Of a stretch of DNA of 64,000 bases, positions 39,987 through 54,653 are shown piece by piece. This stretch comes from Octopus vulgaris (taxonomy: Eukaryota). The translations under genes and the position numbers were made by a program. The DNA is taken from positions 7,688,001-7,752,000 of the forward strand of contig OX597814.1 in the NCBI GenBank assembly GCA_951406725.2, read 5' to 3'. Within the stretch, counting starts at the first letter, position 1, and every line of letters starts with the position of its first letter. Below the pieces are notes generated by a model. That model was given only the letters and a program-made list of their open reading frames with translations. It had not been told where the DNA came from and searched no databases.

Positions 39987-40123
39987 AGATGCATTAGAAA
40001 TTGAACCAATCATTAGTTGTATTTTGATGCAAGCTTTTTCTCCAGGTGCCACATTAGTTTTGGGTGTCATAGGGGCTGCTTTCTCTTGTGGATGAAGAGG
40101 GGATGGGTTTGATGTTGTGGTTT
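39987..40123 (-). CDS. Exon A (low-complexity linker plus start of macrodomain)
   Basis: ttattttcag|AAACC...GCATCT|gtgagt, 137 nt, phase 1/0. Translates (E)TTTSNPSPLHPQEKAAPMTPKTNVAPGEKACIKIQLMIGSISNAS. Confidence 0.82.
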
Positions 40124-41289
40124 CTGAAAATAAACAAATATCAGTGTGTGTGTGTGTGTGTGTATAGATACACACACACACATATACATACCAACACCAT
40201 TATTACCCACCATCATGATATAACGTCCATATTCCATCCAGGCTCAAGTGGAACAAAATGATACACAAACACACATCTGTTATAGCAAAAGTGAGGTCCT
40301 AAATGCATTGTGCTTATTCATGCCCATGCTGGGCCCTACACCCACATCTGTCCCCGTGAAGCATCCCCTTCACCACATCTCATCTTCCTAACACCCATCC
40401 CTCCATTACTCTTCTAACTATGGTCCTACTTTGCTGCTGTAACCATTTGACAGCAGAATCTTCACATATTCATCACCACCACCACCAACACCCTTTCGCT
40501 AATACCAGTCGCCTCACTTGCATCATCATCTCTGTCCATACACCCTTCCATCGATCATCCCTTTCTGTCCCTTCCCTAATCTTTCCCACCTACCCCTCTT
40601 AGCTACACCTTACTCTGCCAGGTCTCCTGTTGAACACTTCTCCTATCTGCAATCATTCTCAACACCCTCTCACAGCCATTGCTAAAACTCCCTTACCAAT
40701 TTTCTGGCCCCACTCACTACAGCAACCCCCATGTATCTCTGACTCCCATCTCTTTCACAGTTCATCATCTTTGCTTTCCCTCTGCTGTCAGATCCTGGTC
40801 ATCATCTCCCTTCCTCCTCATCTATCAACAGATTGATGGTTCTGCTGCTCTCCACCCTTCCTATGCTGCTTCTTGTCACCTCCTCCTTTCCGAGCCCCGT
40901 CAGTCTCTCGACTCCACCTCAAACCATTGTTCCTCACTCTCTACAACCACCTCAAGCCCCATCTCTAACCTCTGCCCTTCTCATCTCACACTCTGATGCC
41001 ATTACCCTCCCATTCCTTCTTTCCTCATCCACAGTCTCCCTTATACTCCCCTTCTTGTAACTTGGGACTATGCTCTGGCACCCAATTACCACCATCTTTC
41101 TCCCTTCCAGATACTGTCATGCACCCTTGCATAAATATAAGGACGCCATGAGCCTCGTCTATATCCAGACAACTGTGCTTGACCCTCTGTCAAACTTTAG
41201 GCTTTCTACCCCAGGCATCAAGCCAACTCCCTCCCCCCAGTTCCATCGGGGGGGGGGGTTATCCTTTTCGATTCTTTGCTTTGTCTTGC

Positions 41290-41555
41290 AAGTTAGTTGG
41301 TGACCTCACCAGTGCTGGTGCCATGAGAAAAGCAGCTTCCAGTCCTCACTGTAAAATGGTTGGCATTATGAAGGGCAACCAACCATCCACACTCAGCCAG
41401 CCGCACTCAGCCAGTCAGCCGCACTCAGCCAGTCAGCCGCACTCAGCCAGCCAGCTGAGTGTGGAACCTAACACAGATCTAGAGATCACCAGATCTTGTC
41501 AAATTGTGTAACCCATGCCAGATCAAAGACGGACATTAAATAATGATGATGATGC
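41290..41555 (+). mobile_element. Degenerate SINE/RTE tail containing an 18-bp tandem repeat (cactcagccagtcagccg, ~4 copies)
   Basis: ggttggcattatgaagggca..., acccatgcca..ggacattaaataatgatgat. Confidence 0.6.
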
Positions 41556-42339
41556 TATAGAAAACAGGCATTTGTACATTTGTTAATAGAGTAGGTAATT
41601 TACCACCAAAACTATACAGTATTATAAATCCATTTCAGCCATTCTTACAAATCAGTTTTGCACAGGATAACATCTAACACTGTGCTTATCAGAGTGGCCA
41701 GTATGGAAGTAGGGAAATGGGTTTCTGACAGCAAGTGCCACATCTCTAATTGCAAGAGACAATTAGAGAGGAGGATTCCATCATTGGTTATGCCACTTGT
41801 CCAAAATCTCTGAGTGAGGAGTAACTGCCAGCAAAGTGGAATTTGAGTGCGGATGGTGAAGGGTTGGTGTGTGTGCAGAATGGTGGGGTTTGGAAGGAGT
41901 GGGATGGGGCAGGCACTCAAAACTTTAAACTCTTGTGGATATATATATATATGTGATTATGTGAATATAGTTGAGTCCACTGTGCTGGACTTTGAGGTTG
42001 TGGTGGGGGAAAGACTGATAGTACAAGTGTTAATGTTTATAATCATGGTGGAGTCAGTTGGTAACTGATCACATACTTCTTTTTATGTGGGCATGAGCAA
42101 TAAACCTTGTGCTTGTGGTTTAGGTTTTAGTTAAGTGTGTAGGTGACATGGGAGGAGGTCACAAATGATCGCCCTGGCTGGAGACAAATACTGTGAAAGG
42201 GGATGAAGTGAGGGGAAGAAAAACAGGAACCACCACCATTGAAAAGTGCACTTGATGGGAGGAAGTGCCAGCAAAGAGCTTATCAGATGCAGTCGTTGTA
42301 TGGACCGGTGCAGCCACAGCAGATGCTGTACCTCTATCA

Positions 42340-44510
42340 GCAGTTGACATGATTCCTTTGGGCACAGAGCCATGGCCTCTCAAGACCAACAGATGCCTAC
42401 TATATAAATAAAACTTGAAGTGCATACAACTACTATGGTAAAAATAGCTCTTGTATATGGATAATCTCAATCGGTATGCTGCAAATGATAAACAGCTGGA
42501 AACATTACTACAGACAGTGCATAGATTTACCAAAGAAATAAACATGAAATTCAGCTTAGAAAATGTGCTAAAGCAACTTTGAAAAGATAGAAATTAGTTA
42601 AAAGTTAACAATATCACACTAGATAAAGCAAATGAAATAAGAGAATTAGACCAAAGCCAAACTTACAAATACTTAGGAATCAATGAACTAGATAAGACAC
42701 AACACACACAAATGAAAGAGAAGATAAAGAAAGAATACTATAGACGAGTTAGATCAATACTAAAAACAGAGCTCAATGCTAAAAACAAGATAATAGGTAT
42801 TAACACTTAACCGTCCTAGTTATAAGTTACAGCTACAAGATTCTTCATAGGTTCATAAATGAACTAATCAAAATAATGACAAAATTTAGGATGCACCACT
42901 CAAAATCTGACATTGAAAGGTTATGCAAACAGCGTATAGAAGGTAGTAGATGTCTTATGCAGCTAGAAAACTATTTTTAAATATCCACCTTAGAAATATC
43001 TAACTCAGAACCAAGGAGAGATGGTACAAATATCCACAAAACATAATTTTAAAAAACTGTTTTCTGTCTTTAAGGAAGCTGGAAAATAGAAGAAAGAGAT
43101 CATAAAATCTAACAACTATGAAGAAAAAGGACAAACAAGAACATCTGTAACATATCTGAAACCTAAGCTAAAACTGGAACAACAAAATACCACGATAAAA
43201 CGATGGCAAGAAAAGCCCATACATAGAAAATATTGGGTTAAGCTAAACAGAAAAGCAAAATCCCAGCAGTGGCTGAAAAGAACAGGACTCAAAGCAGAGA
43301 TTGAAGGATTTTTAATTGCAGCACAAGACCAAAGCCTCCCCAGCAGAAATCATCAAAATGCACATAATGAAAAAGAGTAATTGCAGAATATGTGGTGATG
43401 GAGAGGAAACAATAAATCATATTATCTCTGGCTGCCCAGTCCTGGCTAAGAAGGAATATATTCACAGACACAATACAGTTGGGACCTATTGGGTTATCCG
43501 GAAAGTTTGTGTCGATTTCTAAAGGAAAGAAAACGGTCAATAAATACTTGCCATGACATTTTTAATCAACCAAATGTGAACCATTTTGTTGCACAATGCG
43601 TCTCCATCCTTCCTTTAACTTGAAAATACCCTTTTCCCAGAATTGACGTGGTTTCATGGCAAAGAATTCATCAAGGTATCTTTTTACGTCATCCAAGGAT
43701 TTGAAATCTTTGCCATTACGACTAGTCTACAGAGACCTGAATAAGTGGAAATCCAAAAGAGCAATATCTGGTAAATATGAAGGGTGGGGTAACACATCCC
43801 AGCCAAGATGCAGCAATTTTTGTCTGGTTCCCAAAGCATCAAGTGCCGAAAATGAACTTTCTTATCTTCCATTTTAAAGGGTTACAGAATTAACACAGGT
43901 TATATGAACATAAACCTTCTTCCACGAAAAGATAGCTTAAACTGTGCTTTAAACGGAGGTGTAGTCCAATCCTATTTTATGGATTCAGCCATGTTCTAAA
44001 ATAAGTCTAAAGGTAAGCTACTATAATTCGGCACAAACTTTCTGGACAACCCAATACATACATTGGTATAGGCACACACCAGAAAAGGTCAAAGAAAACG
44101 AAAAAGTAACCATACTCTGGGATATGCCAATACACACAGAAAGAGAAATTTAGACCAATAGGCTGGATATAGTTGTCAGAGATCATCAAGTAAGAAAAAT
44201 GCTTTCTAATTGATGTAATAATAGATGACAAATAGAGGTAACCAGAATGTGGAATCTAAAAACAGAAATAATTCCTATCATAGTAGGTGCATTAGGCATG
44301 ATAAAAAAATATTCAGACCAATACATAACAAAAACACCAGGATTTACAAACACATATAACATACAGAAAATTGCACTACTAGGCACTGCACACATCCTAC
44401 TTACTATAATTTCAATACAGTAACCATCAGAGCATTTCAACAAAACACAACACATACCCAAGGCACATAGAGCTGCACTTTGTAGTGAAGTGAAAGCATG
44501 CAACTACAGA
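42340..44510 (+). mobile_element. Dong/R4-like LINE interrupted by the mariner derivative
   Basis: LLYMDNL, YKYLG, CRICGDGEETINHIISGC, HRHN.VG, then the REL/3' end after 44056. Confidence 0.8.
43487..44056 (-). mobile_element. Internally deleted mariner element (duplicate copy)
   Basis: As 8254-8813. It interrupts the Dong-like element at 42340-44510. Confidence 0.85.
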
Positions 44511-45522
44511 ATAATAACAACAACAACAACAACAACAACAATAATAATGATGCTAATAACAGCAGGACCCACAAAATGCAAACCTCTGCAAAGGCAAACC
44601 CCCCCACCCGCCCCAATGATTAACCAGAGATGATTTTTAAACTGAGAATATTTGAAATAAACTCAATTGCTCTCACAAACGAGAAACACTAAAAATGAAC
44701 CCAACCGCTTCCAAAATGAAGTTAAAAAACAGGTAAACTATTTGAGAATCCTTGTACCATGTCGACACCAAAATCTAATCAGCTCATGCCAAGCATTGCT
44801 GAAAGTTTCATACGAATCCATCCAGCAGTTCTTTAGATATCTTGTCCATAGACAAACAAACGAACAGGACTGAAAACAATATCTCTGACTTCGCTAAGGC
44901 AGAGGTAATAACAATTGGCACAACGTGAAAACGGAAGACAACATGACAATGTGACAAGAATGATACATTGGAAGCTCTGTGGAAATCACGGCTTACAAAG
45001 AGCGAAGACATGGTATGAGAAAACCCCAGAAGCAATCATTGAGAATGAGAAGGGCAAAATCCTGTGGGATGTAACGATCCAGTGTGATTATCTGACCAGA
45101 CATAGGAAATTGCTGTGGTGAATAAAAATGAAAGAACATGTGTGATTATCAACACAACAGGCCCCGGTGACAACAGGATCAATATGGAAGAAGAGAAAAT
45201 AAGCAACTATGACTATTTAAAGTGGGAAATACGAAGGTTGTAGTCAATGAAGAGCGTAGACATGGTACCAATAGTAACTGGTGCACCTGGAAGAATCAGT
45301 ATTCAACTACCAGCATGGCTGAAAAAGATTGGTGCAAGTGTGAAGGTAGAACACCTATAAAAATCAGCATTGCTTGGCACTGCAAGAATTCCTCGCAGAG
45401 TTATTGAAGCATGACCAGTAAACAAGTGTTACCTTAGTCTGCTGGCTGTGGACAACCGATGCTTTCCATCATACCCAGCAAAATAAGCTGTGAGTTTTCA
45501 TCAAATAAAATTAATGATAATA

Positions 45523-47546
45523 ATAATTCTTTCTTTATTGGCCACCAGGGTCAAACACAAAACATACAGGTCGATACACAGATGAGGAACAGTGGGGCTA
45601 AATGTGTAAACAGCAAAACAAAACACAATTAACAAGGAGATTAAAACAACAATGTACTTCCCCAATAGAGGGCGATGGGGTCCTTCCACGAAGCGGTGAC
45701 CAAAGGAACCTCACACACTTTTGGCCCCCTAACATCAAAGGCACCTCATGTAGGCACCCCTCTCCTCCTCATTCCATCTGGTCTACAGGCACATACTTAG
45801 AGTAGGCCCGTTTACATGGGCCATTCTTGCCACATTCACCCATGATTCAACAAACTTACTGGGTGACAGTTCTTACCTCTCCAGCATCACTTTCCTTTTC
45901 AGACGGAACTTGAAAAGAACAATGAGGCCATGGCCAAAGAGGAAGGTACCCATCTTCAACTTTTTCAATCACGTCCACCACGCAACCTCCTTCACCATAG
46001 CTACCTGACAGAGAAAAACGGCCTGTCCTTCCCAGTCAAAAGAAGGAGGCACAGTAATTTTCATAATGGGTTCGGATGATAGCCAAATCCATCTTATATG
46101 CGACAATAACTGTTCGACAAAGCTCTACAAGTCAGCAATGTGTGGACACAGTACGAGAGCATATAGAACGGTTTCATCGCACTTGCATGCATCTCAGACA
46201 AGCCTGTCTGGTTGCACAGATGCTTATTGTAGACCAGCAGAGCCCTCCAGTAGCACTGCCAGGCCAGGGATTTTAGGAAGTTATCCATAGACCCCAGCCC
46301 AAAAGTCCACTGGAAGAGACCAGCCAGTCGATCATTCTCAATGCTAAGATCCTCACCAAGTATGTCATCACTCTTGCCCTCCACTAATCCCCTACAGAAC
46401 TCTAAAGTGGAACTTCCACCTAGACTATCGCCCTACCAAGGAGATGAGTTGCAGAAAAACATGTCCACCCTGATAAGATCTGGATGACCCAATGCTGTTT
46501 GTGCATGCCCACACTGGGGCATATGGGTAATCAAGTCTGATCTTGTCAGCCAGTTGGAAACAAATGAACAGGATTGCAAGGCTTGTGAACACCACACTTT
46601 CCGATCTGCTAGCCCCATCCAATACACATGGACATCCAAGATGGTATTCCTAAGAGAGGAATGTCCCTAGAAAGACCTCCAAATGTTTGAAGAAATTCGG
46701 CTACCCCGATCCTGTCGGAGCATACACAACGACCAGTCTGAAAGCACTGCCTTCATTATTGTTCCCTTCCAGGACCACCAACTTACCTTCCGGGTCCAAG
46801 AAGACCAACTGTATCTTAGGATGCAAGACTGTTCTGAACAACGCCCACCCACTATTCCTGGTTGACTAAGAGATGAAAAGATCACAAAAACATCATCAAA
46901 ATTGGGTGCTAAGGTGCACGGGTTTGCGATCCTGGTCTCACTGATGGCTATTACATTTAAATTCAGCCACCTCAGGTCATTGAGCAAGTGACCTTGCTTC
47001 CAGGATGACCTCACCACATACATTAATGCAACCCACTCTTAGTGCTGCCATATTGGCCTAAAAGAAAGGAAAGAAAGATGAGGAGTGTTACTTAACCTCC
47101 TGGTGCTGTTGGAGATCACGGGGTCCCACCTCTATTTCTTTGTTGGTCTGCGTTGGGAATACTTATAGAATCCTTGTATTGGCATTTACTTGAGAGATTC
47201 CTACATCGTCTAGAAGGGCATCCCTAATTGTTTGGAAAGTGTCCAAATCCATCCTCCCCATCATTAAGTCTTTAGGCACATGGCATGTGTTAGTCCAAGA
47301 AGATTCTCCCCCCCCTCGTACCTTTTCCAATGAGACCCCTTTGTGATAAGATGGCCATCAGTTCTTTGCTGGCCCTCCTTACTAACACAGAGTGAGCTGC
47401 CTGTGTCACTGCTTTTTGCTGTTCTTGTTGCGTTGGTGGTGTAAGTTTGCTTTTGGGAATTTTTTCCTGTCTGCAGTGGAGTTCTTGGTGCTTGTGGTGC
47501 TTTAGTTGATGATTGTGATGCTGCAGGAGTTGTCTGGCTGTCTGCG

Positions 47547-47582
<36 letters not shown>

Positions 47583-49140
47583 TTCCTTTGCTATCTTGTT
47601 TTGGTGCAGGGTAAGATGTCTTGCCTCTGTGACTTCTTTTCGGTTGTTTTTCTAGTTTACTCTGATCCCTGTCCTCATCACCTTTCATTGAGGTAGAACC
47701 AGTGTCTGTTGCAACCTCCTCCGCTCTCCTGTGCAAGTGAATTCGTGTTTGTATGTGTATCTTTTTTCTGCATGCTTGTTTGTGAGGGGTGGGGTTGTTG
47801 AGGTTGGTTGCAAGGTGTTGGTTTTCATGGTTGACCTCTCCGACGGTTTTCCTGCTGGTGCTCTCGTTACACCTGCCACCGCCACCAACACCATTGTTGC
47901 TATTTTTGCTGCTTTTCCTGTTGTTGTCTTTTGTTTTCCCAGCCTTAGTCAACGGAGGTCCCCACATCCCTGTAACGTTTTGATGAGGGCAGCATGCTTG
48001 TAGGTGTGTTGCATCACCACAAGCAAAGCAATGAGTCATACTGCCCTCAGTGATCAAATGTAATTTCGTCCCCTCTTGGAGGCAGACATGGTCTCGGATG
48101 CTCTCCAAGACTTGTGGTTTTATTTGGATTAGCAATTCCAAATCCATCCCAATCCTGTCTTCTCTTTGCATCCGTTGAACTTTAAGGAGGAAGGTGTTGC
48201 TGCTCTCCACAATCACACATCTCAACCACCTCCAGATGTTGATACCTGGTGTTACTGTGGGGATTCAAACTTTTATTGTTTGTGGTGCCCATGTAGGGCA
48301 GGCACATTATAAGCTGGTCAGTTTTACTGGGTCCCCATGAATACTTCATGGCCAGCTCTTCTGTTTTAAAAAGGACTGAGATGGTGCCAAAACTCTGGTC
48401 CCTTCTTGATTGATCTCAGTACCATCTCCACTTGAAGAAGGTGGGAGGGTTGTTCTGCACTCCGAGTCAGTACTGAGACACACTTATACTTCACTGTTCC
48501 CTTCTCAGTTTCTACCTCTACTTTGGCTGGGATTGCAAGGTTAGCCCAGGTTCTTTCTCTTTTGATGAGCTTGTGCATCAGGGCTAACATCTGTTTTTTT
48601 GTTGGCGGTGTCTATCTCATAGTACTTTTGTTGGCATTTTGCAGCTGCTGCAAAGGTCCTTGTTCTGCTCTCACAGTTGATGGTGGTGATGGAATCGTTA
48701 ATGCTGTTACTGCTATTGTTACTCCTAAATACAAACATCTCTCTGTTGCTCGTGTTGGCGTTGGTATTGGTTGGGTTCTCGTTGATGTTTTTGTTGTTGT
48801 TTTTCTGTTATGCTTCTCTGCTCTGTGTTGTTGGAGTTGTTAATTTCTGTGTTGATATCAGCTATCATTTCATTTCCCACATTATTCCTGTTTGGGGAGT
48901 TGGCAGTTACATTTTCATTATCTATTCGACTATCGAGTGAATGTGTGTTCTCCATTGTGTCGCTTTCCTCTGTTGTGATAATTAAGCACAAGAACCAAAT
49001 ATTATTTAATTCTTTTTTCTGGAGACAAATGCTATTGCCTTGGGTTCCCTTCTCAACAATAATATCAACCAAGACAATAGTTTTCATAAAAATACCTGTC
49101 AAGCTTTCACCAATGTCCTAGCCTTTCAACTGAAAGTCTA
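45523..49140 (-). mobile_element. Tx1/L1-like LINE (duplicate copy)
   Basis: As 10140-13810. Confidence 0.65.
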
Positions 49141-49530
49141 ATAATAATAATAACAACATCAACAACAATCGTTGTTTACTAAAGGCACAAGGCCTGAAAC
49201 TTAGTGGGAGGAGATTGTCAGTTACACTGACCCCAGTGTATAACTGGTACTTATTTCATCAACCCCGAAAGGATGAAAGAAGAAGGAGGAGGAGGAGGAG
49301 GAGGAGAAGCAGGAGGAGGAGGAGGGGGAGAAGAAGAACAAGAAGAACAAGAACAAGAACAAGAAGAAGAACAAGAAGGAGGAGGAGAGGAAGGAAGGAG
49401 GAGGAGGAGCAGGAGGAGCAGAAAGAGAAGAAGAAGAAGAAGAAGAAGAAGAAGAAGAAGAAGAAGAAGAAGAAGAAGAGACATATTTTTTCCTAATTAA
49501 AATTTAAGATAAAAAAAGGAAAATATTTAC

Positions 49531-49582
49531 CTGATGATGCATCTAAACCCCTCCTGTTTCCTTGGAAATATTCTTTAAATTC
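49531..49582 (-). CDS. Micro-exon D' (macrodomain last helix plus linker)
   Basis: ttctaacag|GAATTT...TCATCAG|gtaaat, 52 nt, phase 0/1. Translates EFKEYFQGNRRGLDASS+G and continues DTEIVK of exon C'. The phase-1 end matches exon A. Confidence 0.75.
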
Positions 49583-50268
49583 CTGTTAGAAGTAATCAAA
49601 TAATTTATCATCACTCAATGAAAAACATAATTTCATAATTAATTTCTGTTAATTTCAATGCAATGCTTTTATTCATTGCTTCTACCGTGAATGTTGTTTT
49701 AAATTTACATTTCTATTCATTGTATTATAAAATAAACTCCTACAATGGACAGGGTTTTGAATATTCTGTAGTTCGGTGAGGAATTGTTACTTAAAGAATA
49801 AGAAAATATTATTCATGGAATTGGAATTGCTTTCGAGACTCCATGTTATGCCCAAACATCAGCTTAATTCCTCATTGTTTTCAAAACTGATTAAAACCAA
49901 AAGAAGAACATTTCTGTAGAAACAGACTGGCTTTGAGTAAATTCCAGTGAATTACTGGTATGTCAACAGTGCTTTACTTCAATGCTATATATACTGTCCT
50001 ACAGAGTATATCTGCAGATGTGTACCCAACACTGGAGAAAGAAGTAAGGAACTGGTCCAGCCAAACAATCTTTTTCTGTCCCCAACACACATTGTATACA
50101 GAAAGTGTATATATGACGCTCAGTTTATATACACCCGTCTTGCTTACACCCATCTATGCATAGGCAATATATTTTATAGAGACATGATATTTACATTAGT
50201 CTCTCTCTGTGTCTGTTTCTCTCTCTCTCTCTCTCTCTCTCCCTCTTTCTCTCTCTCTCTCTCATATA

Positions 50269-51151
50269 TACAGGGTGTTTCAAAAAATTTTATATCATTT
50301 TGCAATCTAATAACTTTGCCAGTTCTTGTTCATATGACTTCACATTTTAACAGCATGTTTTAACAGCATGTTTAACGTTTGATGTGTTTAACATTTCAGA
50401 TATAGAAATGGCATTCACTGGAAGAGAAAAGGTGTTTTGTGTGTTGGAGTATTCTCGAACACAGTCGAACAAAACTGTGCAGCATGCATGGGTGAGAGAA
50501 TTCTCTAAAAAGTCACCAACGGCAATGTGTATTTCGACATGGCACAAACATTGCAAAGAGGAAGGCTGTCTGTGCAGGGCAAAAGCATCTGGATGACCAC
50601 TAACATTGGAAGAGATGGTCAAGCGGGATCACCAGAAACTCTTGCAAAGCCCCAAGAAGTCCATAAGAAGAATAAGTCTGGAAACCCAGATTCCTCCAAC
50701 GACAGTTTGGCGCGTCTTGAGGAAACGCTCGCTAATGAAACCCTACAAGCTGCAGCTCATTCAGACCATAACAGCAGATGAAAAGCGAAAGCACAAATAT
50801 GGGGCTATGTGAAGGGCCAGGTCTATGTCCCCCTCTCTTCCTGCAAACCTAGAGGAACTTTAACAGAGAATCACTACCGTACTGCAGACTGTTATCCCAA
50901 AAATGCTGCAGCATGACTGCCAGGAGTTGGACTACCGACTTGACATGTGCCAAGTCTCAGACGTTGCGCATTTTGAACATTTGTGAAATTGTTCATGGAA
51001 TCCACATTCCTTTGAATTTCTCATTCAAATATGGAGGAATAAATCTTATATTGCTCAAACGTTATGCCTGTTTGGTTTCATTTGCTTTGACTACGCAGTT
51101 TCTGCGATATTTACATCTCAAATGATATCAAATCTTTTGAAACACCCAGTA
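50269..51151 (+). mobile_element. Tc1/mariner-like element (duplicate copy)
   Basis: As 14926-15795. Confidence 0.8.
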
Positions 51152-54100
51152 TATGCAGGGAACATGGGTGTTAAACAATAATGCTGACGATGATGATAAT
51201 GACTATATATATATATATATACATCATCATCGTTGTCATCATTAAAAATCCATTTTCCATGCTGGCATGGGTTGAGTGGTTTGACTAGAGACTGGTCAGG
51301 TAGAAGACTACACCACGTTACTGTGTCTTATTTGGCAGGCTTTTTATGGTTGGATGCCTTTCCTAACATCAACGACTCCACAGAGTAGACTCAGTGCATT
51401 TTCCATGGCACCAACACATGCAAGGTCAGTTTTGGTAGGGATTTTAGAGCTGGAGTCCCTTCCAAATGCCAACCACTTCACAGTGTGAATTAGAGGCTTT
51501 TTAAGTGGCACCGTCACTGGCAGAGTTACCGAGTAACTTGCAAGACAAGGAACGTGTGAGAGGGGATACAGCATTGGAGGTGATTTTGTAGCAGATGAAG
51601 GAAGGGTAGAAAGTGAGAGAGAGAGAGAGAGAGACAGAAACAAGTGTGTTGGTGTAAAAGAGATGCATGGTTACTTAGTCAGAGGGAGAGAGAGAGAGAG
51701 AGAGAAGGAGTGATCAAAATTAAGGTCAGCAATGCATGTGTTGCTGTAGAGGAGATACGGGGTCAAGCAGTCTGCAGGATAGAGCAGGAGGAAGATAATG
51801 AATGCAAGGGAGCAGGAGAGAGATGCCAGCGCATGCTCACAAGGAAAAGGGATCAGAATATAAAGGGGATAGTAGAGAAAGGGAGAGATAAGTGATAGCA
51901 AAGTAGCAAGGTTTACCCTCAAAACATGGGGTCAGAATATACATGGTAGGGTATTGCCAAGGTGTGCGAGTAGGGAGTACAGATTTCACATGAATGCAAG
52001 GAGTGTCGGGGTGGGGGAGTACTGTGACTGGTGAAACCTGGGTATACAGAGGGGGTGAGGGTGAACAGGATAGCAAAGACACAGTGAGGACAGGATTGGG
52101 TAGTAAGAGATAAGCGTAGCGCATGAGAAAGAGGAAATTTAGAGGCAGAGAAGAGATGTAGTTTGGTCTGTTGGGGTAGAGTGAGGAAAAAGGTTTCTTG
52201 GTCTCACAGTGCTTCTGGAACTCAGTTTTGTTGAAGTGGGCGGGTCTTCCTAGAACCTCATATTGCCAGACATACCAGTCCATTGTCAACTCTTGCATGA
52301 GGTCTAACATCCTGAGATTGGTCATCACCACTTCATCCCATGTCTTCCTGGATCTCCCTCTTCCACAGGTACCCTCCACTTTCAGTGACCAGCACTTCTT
52401 TATACAGCTGTCCTCATTCATACGCATCATGTGTCCAAACCAGCACAGTCTTCTTTTTTGCATGCTACATCTGGTTCTTCTTATTCCCAACTTTTCTCTC
52501 AGCACATTTGCACTTTGTTGTATGTGCACACTGATGCTGCGCATCCAACAGGACATACTGCCTTCATTCCTCTCTAGTCTACACATGTGTTCTGCATGCA
52601 GAGCCCGTGTCTCACTACCATGGAGTATAGCCACTTGTACAGAAGCATCATACAATTTACTTTTCACTGGGAGACAGAATCCTTTTGTTGGCAACAGAGG
52701 TAATAGTTCTCTGAACTTCCTCCATCCTATTCTTATTCTAGAAACAATACTTTAAGAGCATCCTTCATCATTGCTAATTTGGTCACCTAGGTAACAGAAA
52801 CTATCTATAACCTCAAGAGAGCCTCCTGGGCATTTGAGAGAATCTAAGTCCTGTGTGCTCTTAGTGTTTATTGTTCCTGCATATCTGCCACACACAAAGA
52901 TGACTTTATCTGTTAATCTATCTGTGGTTCCAATGCACCTCTTATGTGTCCATAGTTTACATTGGGTGCAACAATTGGAATTTCTTCCAACACTTTTCCT
53001 ACATATTGAGTCGCACCATTTACCTGACGGAAGGAAAATTTATCTTCTTTCTCACTAAGAACCACTTTTGACTTAGCTAGGCCCTTTGATTCCAAGTTGT
53101 TTGGTTTCCATACCTGGAATTTCTTCTCCAATTCTGCTAAAGATTCTGCAATAAGAGCAAGGTCATCAGTATATAGCAGTTCTCAATCCTGTGATGATAA
53201 ATCATGTACCACTCTGACCTTCCAAAATAGACAACCAAACACCCATTATTTATCTGAGGAAAAAAAAAAGACAGGCGATGACTGGCAGAAACGTTAGCAC
53301 ACTGGGTGAAATGCTTAGCGGTATTTTGTCTGCCGTTACATTCTGAGTTCAAATTCTGCCGAGGTCAACTTTGCTTTTCATCCTTTCAGGGTTGATAAAT
53401 TAAGTACCAGTTATGCACTTGGGTTGATGTAATCAACTTAATCCCTTTGTCTGTCCTTGATTGTCCCTTCTACGTTAGCCCTTTGTGGGCAATAAAGAAA
53501 TATAGCAGTTCCCACTGGCACCCAGTCTTGAATTCCTCTGTGATGGCCTGAAGGACTATAATGAATAAGAGTGGGCTGAGAACTGAGCCCTGGTGAACCC
53601 CTTCCTGAACGCAAAATTCATCTCTGTATTATTCATAGCTGACTCTCACCTTCCTGACTGTACATGGTTTGGACAGCTCTAACAAGCCACTCCTCTGCTC
53701 CTAACTTCCTTACAGACTACCATGTAACAGACCAAGGAACTTTGTTGAAAGCTTTCTCCAGGCCGATGGCCTACTTTTGGCCAACTACTTTCCTTGCAGC
53801 TGTCTCACTAGGAAGATGGCTTCTGTGGTACTCTTTTCAGCTACAAAACCAAACTGCATCTCATCTAGTTTAATTCTATTTCTAATCACATGAAATATAA
53901 CCCTCTCAGTACCTTTCATGACTTGGTCTAGCAGTTTAATATCTCTGTAGTTTTTTCTATCTAAGGCATCACCTATAACCCTTATAGCTGCTACCTATAA
54001 CGCTACTACACCAGTCGTTGGAGATGGTGCCCCCGCTGAATAACCTGATTAACTATACAGGTGACTAAGCTGTATCATATGCCACCACAGATTTTAATCA

Positions 54101-54621
54101 TCTCGACAGTGATTCCCGATGGACCACCCAGGGGCTTTCCCTGTCTTCCTCTCCTTAATTGCCTTATCCATTATGCTGCTATCAACTGTGATGGCTGGTC
54201 CCTCAACTGGCTCAATATTTGGTAAACCCCTATTCACCCATTCATTTCCCACATTTACTAACCCTTTCATACTGACCCTTCCATGCGTCTTCTTCTCAGA
54301 GTCGCTGAGTGCAAGCATACCATTATCCATTCGCACACATTTCTCACCCACCACATCTCTTTGCAACTCTGAACACCTCACGCCTCTCAACCTCACCTTC
54401 TATAACATTTGATGATCTCTTACCTTCTGCTACATTTTTCGCAATGTAAACCTGACGCCCAGCTGCTCTTTTGGCTACCTGATGTAATTCTCTGCTTCCA
54501 CCCCTTTCCCGGGCCGGTCATTTGTTTTTATCGTACTGTCCAGTCCCTTGCTCCACCACCATGTCAACTGTGATACAGCTGAGACTTTGCACTGGCCATG
54601 CATGCACACACACACATAGAA

Positions 54622-54653
<32 letters not shown>

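Noticed and set aside
40300-41130. C/T-rich ORFs
   Set aside because: Low-complexity degenerate tract resembling LINE 3'-UTR sequence, with no domain or convincing splice-phase fit.
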